From: an uncultured Dehalococcoidia bacterium
Lineage (GTDB): Bacteria; Chloroflexota; Dehalococcoidia; SZUA-161
Assembly (NCBI GenBank): GCA_964453665.1
Contig: CAYVQT010000006.1
Coordinates: 1,976-65,975 of the forward strand
Direction: 5' to 3'
DNA length: 64,000 nucleotides
The notes beneath the pieces were generated by a model that did not search any database, was not told the origin of the DNA, and saw only the letters and a program-made list of their open reading frames with translations. Positions 45,864 to 54,664 of the stretch are shown in pieces. Numbering within the stretch: the first letter of the stretch is position 1; each line of letters opens with the position of its first letter. The position numbers and the translations under genes are program-made.

Positions 45864-48334
45864 GTTGGTTGGCTGAAGAGGAACTGAGAATAGGCGTATT
45901 TGTATGCGATTGTGGACTCAACATAGCAGGGTCGGTTGACACGGAGGAGGTGCGGGAAGCAGCAGAAAAGCTGCCCGATGTCGTGGTCTCGGTGAGAAAT
46001 AAATATACCTGCGCCGACCCCGGGCAGGAAGAGATAAAGAGGCACATACGCGAATATAATCTGAACCGCGTGGTGGTGGCCTCCTGTACCCCCCTGCTCC
46101 ATGAGTCAACCTTCCGCAACTGCGTGGCAGAGGCCGGGCTTAACCCTTACCTCTTTTCGATGGCCAGCATCAGGGAGCATTGCAGCTGGGTACACCTCCA
46201 CGACCGTGAGGCCGCCACCAGGAAGGCTAAAGATATCGTTAAGATGGCAGTAGCCCGCGCTCGCTTACTCGAAGCCCAGAAGGAGATGGAGATACCAGTC
46301 ACCGATGCCGCTCTGGTGATCGGCGGTGGGGTGGCTGGAATTCAGGCAGCCCTGGACCTGGCCGATGCCGGGCACCAGGTATACCTGGTGGAAAAGGAGC
46401 CCTCTATCGGGGGCATAATGGCGCAACTGGACAAGACATTCCCAACCATGGACTGTTCGATATGTGTGCTCGGGCCCAAGATGATGGACGTGGACCGCCA
46501 CCCTCTAATCGAACTACTCGCCTACAGCGAAGTCGAGGCGGTTTCAGGCTACGTCGGCAATTTCAAGGTACGTGTGCGCAGAAAAGCACGATATGTGAAC
46601 GAGGACGATTGCACCGCCTGCGGCGACTGCGCTGAGGTCTGCCCGGTGGTATTGCCCGATGAGTTTCAGCAGGGCTTTTCCTCGCGCAAAGCAGCTTACA
46701 TACCGCTACCTCAAGCAGTGCCCCCAGCCTATCTTATCGATATGGAGCACTGCCTGGGTAATAACCCCATAGCCTGTGACAAGTGCCTTAAAGCCTGCGA
46801 GAAGCAATGTATCGACCTGAATATGCATGACCGGATAGTTGAATTGGATGTAGGCACTATAATCGTGTCTACGGGCATGGGGATATACGACCCCACTCCA
46901 CTTGACGAGTACGGTTACACGCGCTTTGAAAATGTTATCACCAGCATGGAGTTTGAACGGTTGATATGCGGCGGTGGACCCACCGACGGACATCTGGTGC
47001 GCCCCTCTGACCACCGGACACCGGCGCGCATCGGCTTCATCCAGTGCGTTGGCTCCAGGACAGAGAACCGCGGCAATCCCTATTGCTCCAACGTTTGCTG
47101 TATGAATACGGTGAAGGACAGCCTGCTTATAAAAGAGCATCACCCAGACGCAGAGATCTATGTCTTCTACATGGACATCCGAGCCTTCGGCAAAGGCTTC
47201 GAAGATTTATTCCGGCGTTCCAAGGAGGAGGACGTTCACTACATCCGCGGCCTGCCCGGTGAAATTACCGAAGACCCTGTTACAAAAAACCTGCGCATCA
47301 AAGTAGAAAACACCACCGCAGCGCGTGTAGAGGAATACGAGCTGGACCTGGTGATCCTGTCGTTAGGCCTGGAGCCCAAGGCTGACCTGAAGCAGCTAGC
47401 CAACATGCTGAATATCTCCCAGACCAGCGATGGCTTCGTAATGGAGGCTCATCCCAAGCTGAGGCCGGTGGATGCGCCCACGCCGGGTATCTTCTTCGCC
47501 GGCTGTGTGGAGGCACCCAAAGACGTAAAGGACAGCGTAACCCAGGCCGGGGCGGCAGCCGCCAGAAGCTCAATTATACTGAACTCAGAGATCCTCAAAA
47601 TGGAGGCCCTCAAGGCAGTAATAGACCTTGACAAATGCACGTCCTGCGGCGTCTGCGCCAAGGTCTGCCCCTACGGGGCGATCAAGGTAGATATTAAGGC
47701 CAAGACAGGCGCGCAGGTGGTGGCCGCGGCATGTGCCGGCTGCGGCACCTGCGCTGCGGAGTGCCGCTTTGACGCCATAACCATGCAGCACTTCAGCGAT
47801 GCACAGATACTGACCCAGATAGACGCCGCTCTGGAGGAAGAGCCTGAGAAGAAGATCATAAGCTTCCTGTGTAACTGGTGCAGCTATGCGGGAGGTGATC
47901 TGGCGGGGGTCTCGAGGCTGCAGTATCCGCCCAACAACCGATTCATCCGCACCATGTGCAGCGGAAGAGTGGACGAGAAGTTCATCCTCCACGCCTTCGA
48001 GAAAGGAGCTCCCCTGGTGCTTCTCTCGGGATGCCACATAAATGACTGCCACTACATCAGCGCCAACCACTGGACCAAGCGCCGCGCAGAGAAGCTATGG
48101 AAGCGCCTGGAAAAGCTCGGAATCCGGCAGGAACGCCTACAACTGCAATGGGTCAGCGCCGCCGAGGGCCCCAGGTTCGCCCAGCTAATGCGCGATTTGG
48201 AGGAGATGCGGCAGCAGGTCACGCCCGAGGAGATAGAGCACACCAAGCAGGTGCTTGCCGAGCAGAGGCTGGCGAAGGCAAAGGAAGAGGAGGAGGAGGC
48301 GGAATCTCTCGAACCACAGGTTGAAGCAGCATAA
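45860..48334 (+). CDS. hdrA: HdrA-MvhD fusion (heterodisulfide-reductase A-like flavoprotein with a C-terminal MvhD domain)
   Basis: IGVFVCDCGLNIAG, ALVIGGGVAGIQAALDLADAG, GGIMAQLDKTFPTMDCSICVLGPKM, CTACGDCAEVCP and CTSCGVCAKVCP are present. The C-terminal MvhD part is ISFLCNWCSYAGGDLAG...LLSGCHINDCHY. The GTG start overlaps the upstream TGA; the alternative TTG at 45869 sits 8 nt after AGGAGG. Confidence 0.9.
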   Translation: MSWLAEEELRIGVFVCDCGLNIAGSVDTEEVREAAEKLPDVVVSVRNKYTCADPGQEEIKRHIREYNLNRVVVASCTPLLHESTFRNCVAEAGLNPYLFSMASIREHCSWVHLHDREAATRKAKDIVKMAVARARLLEAQKEMEIPVTDAALVIGGGVAGIQAALDLADAGHQVYLVEKEPSIGGIMAQLDKTFPTMDCSICVLGPKMMDVDRHPLIELLAYSEVEAVSGYVGNFKVRVRRKARYVNEDDCTACGDCAEVCPVVLPDEFQQGFSSRKAAYIPLPQAVPPAYLIDMEHCLGNNPIACDKCLKACEKQCIDLNMHDRIVELDVGTIIVSTGMGIYDPTPLDEYGYTRFENVITSMEFERLICGGGPTDGHLVRPSDHRTPARIGFIQCVGSRTENRGNPYCSNVCCMNTVKDSLLIKEHHPDAEIYVFYMDIRAFGKGFEDLFRRSKEEDVHYIRGLPGEITEDPVTKNLRIKVENTTAARVEEYELDLVILSLGLEPKADLKQLANMLNISQTSDGFVMEAHPKLRPVDAPTPGIFFAGCVEAPKDVKDSVTQAGAAAARSSIILNSEILKMEALKAVIDLDKCTSCGVCAKVCPYGAIKVDIKAKTGAQVVAAACAGCGTCAAECRFDAITMQHFSDAQILTQIDAALEEEPEKKIISFLCNWCSYAGGDLAGVSRLQYPPNNRFIRTMCSGRVDEKFILHAFEKGAPLVLLSGCHINDCHYISANHWTKRRAEKLWKRLEKLGIRQERLQLQWVSAAEGPRFAQLMRDLEEMRQQVTPEEIEHTKQVLAEQRLAKAKEEEEEAESLEPQVEAA

Positions 48335-48448
48335 CGCCACGATTAGATAATTCCAATAGATACACAGGATGGGTGCAGTAAGGCGGAACCCACCGAATCA
48401 TCTCCAAATTAGGAGCGTGCTGTTTCACTATGCATGCCTTACCTCCAC

Positions 48449-48478
48449 TTGACACCCTCTCTCACTAGAAGCTATAAT
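48449..48478 (+). promoter_or_regulatory. Near-consensus sigma-70-type promoter for rpsU
   Basis: TTGACA (48449-48454), an 18-nt spacer, then TATAAT (48473-48478). Confidence 0.6.
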
Positions 48479-48527
48479 CAAGGGGTTCTGTGAATAAAGA
48501 AAGGGCTGTAAAGGGGGTGTTTTGTGA

Positions 48528-48710
48528 GTGACTGAAGTATGGGTTGGAGATAACGAGCCTTTTGAGATCGCGCTGAAGCGATTTAATAAAAAAGTCCAAC
48601 AAGATGGCGTCCTTTCCGAGGCTCGGCGCAGGGAACACTTCGAGAAGCCGAGTATTAAGCGTAAGAAGAAAGAGGCTACCAAAAGGCGGAAGAGTTCCAG
48701 AAGTTCCTGA
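48528..48710 (+). CDS. rpsU: 30S ribosomal protein S21
   Basis: [37 protein letters not shown] is present. It has a GTG start. Confidence 0.9.
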   Translation: MTEVWVGDNEPFEIALKRFNKKVQQDGVLSEARRREHFEKPSIKRKKKEATKRRKSSRSS

Positions 48711-48749
48711 ACAGCATCGATAGCGCAGGTAAATGTCGGGAAAGAGAAG

Positions 48750-49202
48750 ATGTTGCAAGAGAAATTGATTGCTGACCTCAGGCACGCTATGAAGAGTGGC
48801 GACAAGAAACGCGTCGAAGTGCTCCGGATGGTGAGAGCAAATATCAAGAACGCCGAGATAGCGCAGCAGAAAAGCCTGGATGATCCTGATGTTCTCGGAG
48901 TAATCACCAAGGAGGTCAAGCAGCATCGAGAGAGCATCACCGAGTTCAAAAAGGGTAACCGGCAGGATTTAGTCGACAAGGAGGAAGCGGAGCTAGATAT
49001 ATTACTCGAGTACCTGCCGGAGCAAGTATCCCGTGATGAGATCGTCGCTGCTGCCCGACAGGTGATCGAGGAGGTGGGAGCACGAGGGGCCGGGGATAAG
49101 GGCAAGGTCATGCAGAAGCTCATACCTCAACTTAAGGGTAAGGCCGAAGGGCGCGAGATAAACGAGGTGGTAACCGAGCTACTTAGCGGCTCGACAGGAT
49201 AA
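48750..49202 (+). CDS. yqeY: GatB/YqeY-domain protein
   Basis: LIADLRHAMKSGDKKRVEVLRMVRANIKNAEI is typical of YqeY, and the gene follows rpsU as in many bacteria. Confidence 0.85.
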   Translation: MLQEKLIADLRHAMKSGDKKRVEVLRMVRANIKNAEIAQQKSLDDPDVLGVITKEVKQHRESITEFKKGNRQDLVDKEEAELDILLEYLPEQVSRDEIVAAARQVIEEVGARGAGDKGKVMQKLIPQLKGKAEGREINEVVTELLSGSTG

Positions 49203-49329
49203 GAGGGTAACCCTGAAAAGGTTTGGCAAGGGAACAAAAGAGCAAGCCATAGACTTGTCCTATTGTTCCCTTTCGCATTTCCATATCAGACGCATCATGC
49301 AGTTGCGCACGAGCCGTAGCCAGAGAATT

Positions 49330-49361
49330 CTCCGTCGTTACAGGAGTCACGACGCTACAGG
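49330..49361 (-). repeat. REP-like palindrome, class 3 (GTAG-CGTCGTnAC), left copy
   Basis: The sequence is CTCCGTCGTTACaggaGTCACGACGCTACAGG. The stem is CGTCGTtAC/GTCACGACG, followed by CTAC. Confidence 0.65.
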
Positions 49362-49384
49362 CAGATGTTCGGTTGTAGGCTATC

Positions 49385-49471
49385 CGTAGCGTTGCCACTC
49401 CCTTCGGGCTTGCCATCGGCTCTGAGGCTCAGGATCGTAGAGAGCCTCAGAGCGAAACGCCTATGGCAACG
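49385..49471 (+). repeat. 87-nt long palindromic repeat (class 4), copy B
   Basis: The sequence runs CGTAGCGTTGCCAC...CTGAGGCTCaggatcgtagaGAGCCTCAG...ATGGCAACG. It is about 93% identical to the reverse complement of 19732-19818. Confidence 0.75.
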
Positions 49472-49476
49472 AAGGC

Positions 49477-49508
49477 TCTCGTCGTGACAGGAGTCACGAC
49501 GCTACAGG
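49477..49508 (-). repeat. REP-like palindrome, class 3, right copy
   Basis: CTCTCGTCGTGACaggaGTCACGACGCTACAGG is a near-identical direct repeat of 49330-49361. Confidence 0.65.
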
Positions 49509-49559
49509 TGGTTTGTACCGCCCACCGACATGTATCGCAGTATATAGAAGGGGTCTGAG

Positions 49560-50279
49560 ATGAGATTCGGCGTTATCATCTTTCCCGGCACCTGGAGTGA
49601 CAGGGACTGTCATTATGTGCTGGATAAGGTTCTGGGGCAGAAGGTAGAATATATATGGCATAAGGACACCGACCTGTCAGGGTTCGATTGTATTATCCTC
49701 CCCGGGGGCTTCTCCTACGGCGACTATCTACGCCCCGGCGCCATCGGGCGCTTCTCGCCGGTGATGACTGCGGTGCATAATTTCGCTATGGCAGGCAAGC
49801 TGGTGCTCGGTATCTGCAACGGCTTTCAGATACTTTGCGAGTCCGGCCTCCTGCCCGGAGCCCTGATACGAAACAACCACCTCCAGTATAGATGTCAGTG
49901 GACCTACCTGCGAACAGAGAACGCCTCCCTGCCCTTCACCTCACGAGCTAAGAAAGGACAGGTGCTTCACATACCCATCTCACATCACGAGGGCAGCTAC
50001 TACGCCGACGAAGACACCTTGAAAGGACTTGAAGCCAATAACCAGGTTGTCTTCCGCTACTGCACTGCGACAGGCGAGATAACAGAGGCAGCTAGCCCCG
50101 ACGGCTCCCTGAACAATATCGCCGGCATTGTCAACAAAGCGGGAAATGTCCTGGGTATGATGCCATATCCCGAGAGGGCGTGCGAGGAGATCGTCGGCGG
50201 CCTGGACGGCAAAGTAATTTTCAAGTCCATTATCGAAGAAGTTACAACCAGAGCGATGGGCTGCATAAAAACTCCCTAG
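49560..50279 (+). CDS. purQ: Phosphoribosylformylglycinamidine synthase I (glutaminase subunit)
   Basis: [27 protein letters not shown] (catalytic Cys) and MPYPER are present. Confidence 0.92.
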   Translation: MRFGVIIFPGTWSDRDCHYVLDKVLGQKVEYIWHKDTDLSGFDCIILPGGFSYGDYLRPGAIGRFSPVMTAVHNFAMAGKLVLGICNGFQILCESGLLPGALIRNNHLQYRCQWTYLRTENASLPFTSRAKKGQVLHIPISHHEGSYYADEDTLKGLEANNQVVFRYCTATGEITEAASPDGSLNNIAGIVNKAGNVLGMMPYPERACEEIVGGLDGKVIFKSIIEEVTTRAMGCIKTP

Positions 50280-50282
50280 CCC

Positions 50283-50311
50283 TTGACATAATAGAACACC
50301 TGTGCTAGAAT
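50283..50311 (+). promoter_or_regulatory. Candidate promoter ahead of purL
   Basis: TTGACA (50283-50288), a 17-nt spacer, then TAGAAT (50306-50311). A leader of about 110 nt follows. Confidence 0.5.
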
Positions 50312-50424
50312 TCCCGTGAATAAGCTCTGTCTAAAAAATAATAGTATTTAAAATACTTGAATACCCGGCTAAATAATAGCTCGGGGGCGGGTTCCTAAAG
50401 TGATAAGGAATTAAAGGAAACAAC

Positions 50425-52626
50425 ATGACCATCGCCAAAGAGATACTCGATGAGGTTGCCCTGAGCGAAGAGGAATACGAGCAAATCGTGCAGGAACTGG
50501 GCCGGGAGCCCAATCTTGTCGAGATAGGGCTGTTCGGCAGCCTGTGGAGCGAGCACTGCGGCTACAAGCACTCAAAGCTGCTCCTGAAGCAGCTCCCCCA
50601 TTCCTCTCCCACCGTACTGATAAATCCGGGCGAGGAGAATGCCGGCGCTGTTGACATCGGTGACGGCCTCTGCATAGTTATGAAAATGGAGTCCCACAAC
50701 CACCCCTCGGCCATCGAGCCTTACGAAGGGGCGGCTACCGGTGTGGGGGGGATAGTGCGCGACATATTCACCATGGGGGCAAGGCCCATCGCACTGCTCA
50801 ACTCACTGAGGTTCGGCCCACTGAATGAGCCGCGAAACCGTTACCTCTTTAGCGGGGTGGTGTCGGGGATAGGCAGCTACGGTAACTGCCTGGGCATACC
50901 GGATGTTGGCGGAGAGGTCTATTTCTCCCCTGCCTACTCGGCCAACCCGCTGGTCAACGTTATGTGCGTAGGCATCGCCGAAAAGAAAAGGCTTATCAGG
51001 TCCAGGGCCAGCGGTAAAGGCAACCTGCTGATGCTTGCTGGTGCCGACACAGGTCGCGACGGATTACACGGCGCTTCGGGTCTGGCCTCACGGCCTTTTG
51101 AGAACGATAGTGAACCAAGGCCAACAGTCCATACAGGCGATCCCTTCATGGAGAAACTGCTGCTTGAGGCATGTCTTGAGCTTGCCGATACGGATTACAT
51201 CGTGGGCCTGCAGGACCTCGGCGCCGCCGGAATTACCAACTCCGCTATTGACTCAGCTTCTAAAAGCGGCAGCGGTTTGATAATCGACATCGCCAAGGTC
51301 CACCTGCGTGAGGATGATATGACGCCCTACGAGATAATGCTCTCCGAATCGCAGGAGCGTATGCTGGTCATTGTCAAGAAGGGATTCGAGGATAAGGTTA
51401 AGGCCATTTTCGACAAGTGGCAGATACGCTCCAACATCATCGGCGAGGTGACCGATGACGGCATGGTCCGGATTAAGGAAGGGGAGAAACTGGTCGCCGA
51501 GGCTCCCGTTGAGCTACTCACCACCCCACCCCTCTACCGCCCCAAGGGAATAAAACCGACATGGCTTAACGCGCTTCAGAAATTCGACCTCAATACAATT
51601 GCCGATGTAGGGAAAGACGCCTCCTCAGTTCTACTGCAATTGCTCGCCTCGCCCAACATAGCGAGCAGAGAATGGGTCTACAGCCAATACGACCATCAGG
51701 TCCAGACCAACACCACCGTTCCACCGGGCAGCGATGCCGCCGTGCTCAGGATCAAGGGCACAAAGAAAGCCATCGCCCTGACCGCAGACGGCAACGGGCG
51801 CTACTGCTACCTCAACCCGTACAATGGTGGAGCTATAGTAGTCGCCGAGGCCGCGCGCAATCTGGCATGCGCCGGCGCAGTGCCTCTGGCAGTCACCGAC
51901 TGCCTCAATTTCGGCAATCCCGAGAAAACCGATGTTTACTATCAGCTCGAGCAATGCATCCGGGGTATAGCCCAAGCCTGTAAAATGCTGAACATCCCGG
52001 TCATCAGCGGCAACGTAAGCCTGTACAACGAAACCAGCGACGAGCCCGTTTATCCCACCCCCGTAGTGGGTATGCTGGGACTGCTCGATGACATCGACCA
52101 GCGCAGCCCGATGGGCTTTAAACATGAGGGCGACCTGGTGGTAATGCTCGGAGGTAACGACAGTGGCACCGACAGTCTGGGAGGCAGCGAGTATCTCGAA
52201 CTGATTCACGAGATCGTCGTCGGAGTTCCTTCCATCGACCTCGACCTGGAGAAGCGGGTACAGCAATGCTGTCTCGACGCCATCAGGGAGGGGCTCATCA
52301 ACTCAGCACACGATTGCTCCGATGGCGGACTTGCCGTAGCGCTGGCCGAGAGCTGTATCGCCGGAGGTGTCGGCATCAGGGGGAAGTGGAAAATAACGGG
52401 CAGAATCGACGCCGAGCTTTTCGGCGAAGCGCAGTCGCGGATTGTGGTCTCGCTGAAGCCGTCTCGACTGGGCGAACTTAGAAAGCTGGCTGTGAGACAC
52501 AGGATTCCCCTCAAAGAGCTCGGTTCCGTTGGAGGAAAACGCTTCTTAATCAAAGGCGTAATAGATTTGCCACTCGATGACATGGTTAATGCGTGGAGAA
52601 ATGGCCTGGCAGCGGTAATGGGATAA
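50425..52626 (+). CDS. purL: Phosphoribosylformylglycinamidine synthase II
   Basis: [27 protein letters not shown] and [25 protein letters not shown] are present. It is 733 aa. Confidence 0.95.
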   Translation: MTIAKEILDEVALSEEEYEQIVQELGREPNLVEIGLFGSLWSEHCGYKHSKLLLKQLPHSSPTVLINPGEENAGAVDIGDGLCIVMKMESHNHPSAIEPYEGAATGVGGIVRDIFTMGARPIALLNSLRFGPLNEPRNRYLFSGVVSGIGSYGNCLGIPDVGGEVYFSPAYSANPLVNVMCVGIAEKKRLIRSRASGKGNLLMLAGADTGRDGLHGASGLASRPFENDSEPRPTVHTGDPFMEKLLLEACLELADTDYIVGLQDLGAAGITNSAIDSASKSGSGLIIDIAKVHLREDDMTPYEIMLSESQERMLVIVKKGFEDKVKAIFDKWQIRSNIIGEVTDDGMVRIKEGEKLVAEAPVELLTTPPLYRPKGIKPTWLNALQKFDLNTIADVGKDASSVLLQLLASPNIASREWVYSQYDHQVQTNTTVPPGSDAAVLRIKGTKKAIALTADGNGRYCYLNPYNGGAIVVAEAARNLACAGAVPLAVTDCLNFGNPEKTDVYYQLEQCIRGIAQACKMLNIPVISGNVSLYNETSDEPVYPTPVVGMLGLLDDIDQRSPMGFKHEGDLVVMLGGNDSGTDSLGGSEYLELIHEIVVGVPSIDLDLEKRVQQCCLDAIREGLINSAHDCSDGGLAVALAESCIAGGVGIRGKWKITGRIDAELFGEAQSRIVVSLKPSRLGELRKLAVRHRIPLKELGSVGGKRFLIKGVIDLPLDDMVNAWRNGLAAVMG

Positions 52627-52745
52627 ACCCTTCCGTGGATAACTTTCGTGGAAAAGTAAAAGGGGGCGGCTGCCAAACGGTTGACAACTCCGTTTATAAA
52701 TATGTTGACCCGCAATTAGCGGCAAGGAATAGAATAGGAGGCAAA

Positions 52746-53258
52746 ATGAAGGTGGTTTTTCTCCAGGATGTTCCCAGCGTAGCCAGTGCCGGCACTATAA
52801 AAGAGGTGGCCAATGGCTACGCCAGGAATTTTCTATTTCCCAAGAAGCTCGCTGTTCTCGCCACCCCTGCCGAGCTGAAGAAATTGGATTCCCGGCGGGA
52901 AGCGGATGCCCGCCGCCATGCCACTCTCGAGCAGGAGGCTGAGGCCCTGGCCCAGGTGCTGAATAGCCTATCCGTAGGCTTGAGAGTTCGTGCCGGTACC
53001 AAAGGCCGTATCTATGGCTCGGTGACAAGCGCGGCCATTTCCAAGGAAATAAAACGTCTCAGTGGACATGAGATCGACAAGCACTCCATAGAAATCGAAG
53101 AACCGATACGGGAGCTGGGTAGCCACCAGGTATCGATTAGATTGACCAAGAATGTGATAGCTACGATAAATGTCCTCATCGAACCGAAGGAAGAGGCCGA
53201 GAAGAAGCCTAAATCGGAGACTGAACAGGGAAAGGAGCCAGAGGGAGATAAAGAATAG
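52746..53258 (+). CDS. rplI: 50S ribosomal protein L9
   Basis: [36 protein letters not shown] is present. The ATG at 52746 follows AGGAGG. The track ORF is extended upstream. Confidence 0.92.
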   Translation: MKVVFLQDVPSVASAGTIKEVANGYARNFLFPKKLAVLATPAELKKLDSRREADARRHATLEQEAEALAQVLNSLSVGLRVRAGTKGRIYGSVTSAAISKEIKRLSGHEIDKHSIEIEEPIRELGSHQVSIRLTKNVIATINVLIEPKEEAEKKPKSETEQGKEPEGDKE

Positions 53259-53260
53259 GC

Positions 53261-54664
53261 ATGTATAGCGAGGGCGGCGAATCGCAGTCAAACGTAAAGC
53301 TTCCCCCTCACGACCTCGATGCCGAAGAGGCCGTGCTGGGTTCCCTTCTCATCGATCCCGAGGCCATATTCAAAATTGTTACCATACTCAAGGCCGAGGA
53401 CTTCTACCGGGAGAAGAACCGCTGGACCTACGAGAGCTGCTTTGAACTCTACGATCGCAAAGAGGCTATAAATCAAATCACTGTAGCTCACGAGCTAGCG
53501 CGCAAGCAACAACTGGAGGCTGCCGGGGGAGCTGCATACCTCAGCCACCTGGTTTCCCAGGTCCCCACCTCGGTGCATGTCGAGTACTACGCCAATATTG
53601 TCAGGCGGCTGTCCATGATGCGCCGGCTGATCTCCGCCTCCAACCAGATCGCTTCCATCGGTTATGAGTCCCCTCCGGATACAGATGATGCCCTTGATAG
53701 AGCAGAGGGCATTCTATTCAGGCTAAGGTACGGACAGAGCCAGCGTGACTTCGTCCACATCCGGGAGGTGCTCGATCGCTATTTCGAGGAAAGCAGCCTG
53801 GCCCCACATCCCGATGGCTACCTCCCCCATGTTCCGACCGGCTTCGCCGATTTGGACAAGATACTTGGCGGCATGCAGCGCTCGGATATGGTCGTGCTTG
53901 CGGCAAGACCCAGCCTGGGAAAGACCAGCCTGGCACTGAATATCGCCCGCAATGCTGCGATGGACCACGGTGCCAAGGTAGCGCTGTTCAGCCTGGAGAT
54001 GTCCAAGATGGAGCTCGCCTATCGCTTTTTATCTTCCGAGTCGGGTATAGACACCAAGAGGCTAAGGCTCGACGAGCTAACCGAACGACAGCGAGAGAAC
54101 ATAATGGAGACCATGGGGTTACTCTCCGAGACCTCCATCTATATCGACGACTCGCCCTTCCTTAGAGATTCAGATATGCGCAGTAAGGCGCGCCGGCTGC
54201 ACAGCGAGAAAGGCGGGATCGACCTCATCATACTGGACTACCTCCAACTCATGCGCTCGAGCAGGTATACCGACAACCGGGTGCAGGAGATGAGCGATAT
54301 CTCCCACTCGATGAAGGAAATCGCCCGAGAGCTTGATGTGCCTGTCCTGGCTGTTTCCCAGTTAAGCCGTGCGGTGGAAGCGCGCCACCCCCATACCCCT
54401 ATGCTTTCCGACCTCAGAGAGAGCGGCTCAATCGAACAGGATGCTGATGTCGTGCTGTTCATCTACCGCGAAGACGTTTACTTCACCGAGGAGGAATGGA
54501 ACAGCAAATTTCCCGACAAGCCTTATCCGAAGGGGGTAGCAGAGCTCATAGTCGCCAAGCACAGAAACGGCCCGGTGGGGCGAGCACACCTTTTCTTCCG
54601 GGAGCGAGTAGCGAAGTTTGAGAACCTTGAGAAAGTTAAAGATGAAAGACCGAGCCTGCTATGA
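53261..54664 (+). CDS. dnaB: Replicative DNA helicase DnaB
   Basis: PPHDLDAEEAVLGSLLIDP, ARPSLGKTSLALNIA (Walker A), IILDYLQLM and SQLSRAVE are present. Confidence 0.95.
   Translation: MYSEGGESQSNVKLPPHDLDAEEAVLGSLLIDPEAIFKIVTILKAEDFYREKNRWTYESCFELYDRKEAINQITVAHELARKQQLEAAGGAAYLSHLVSQVPTSVHVEYYANIVRRLSMMRRLISASNQIASIGYESPPDTDDALDRAEGILFRLRYGQSQRDFVHIREVLDRYFEESSLAPHPDGYLPHVPTGFADLDKILGGMQRSDMVVLAARPSLGKTSLALNIARNAAMDHGAKVALFSLEMSKMELAYRFLSSESGIDTKRLRLDELTERQRENIMETMGLLSETSIYIDDSPFLRDSDMRSKARRLHSEKGGIDLIILDYLQLMRSSRYTDNRVQEMSDISHSMKEIARELDVPVLAVSQLSRAVEARHPHTPMLSDLRESGSIEQDADVVLFIYREDVYFTEEEWNSKFPDKPYPKGVAELIVAKHRNGPVGRAHLFFRERVAKFENLEKVKDERPSLL

Noticed and set aside
45860-48334. Selenocysteine (in-frame TGA) recoding in HdrA/MvhD-type genes
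   Set aside because: All Hdr-like ORFs are uninterrupted, and Cys is encoded at the positions where Sec occurs in some methanogen homologues.
50312-50424. Purine or ZTP riboswitch in the ~110-nt purL leader
   Set aside because: I could not find the conserved purine-riboswitch loops or the ZTP (pfl) GGGUCGUG/CCGCCUGGGC-type boxes. Only a modest hairpin (CCCGGCT...AGCTCGGG) is present. A covariance-model scan would settle it.
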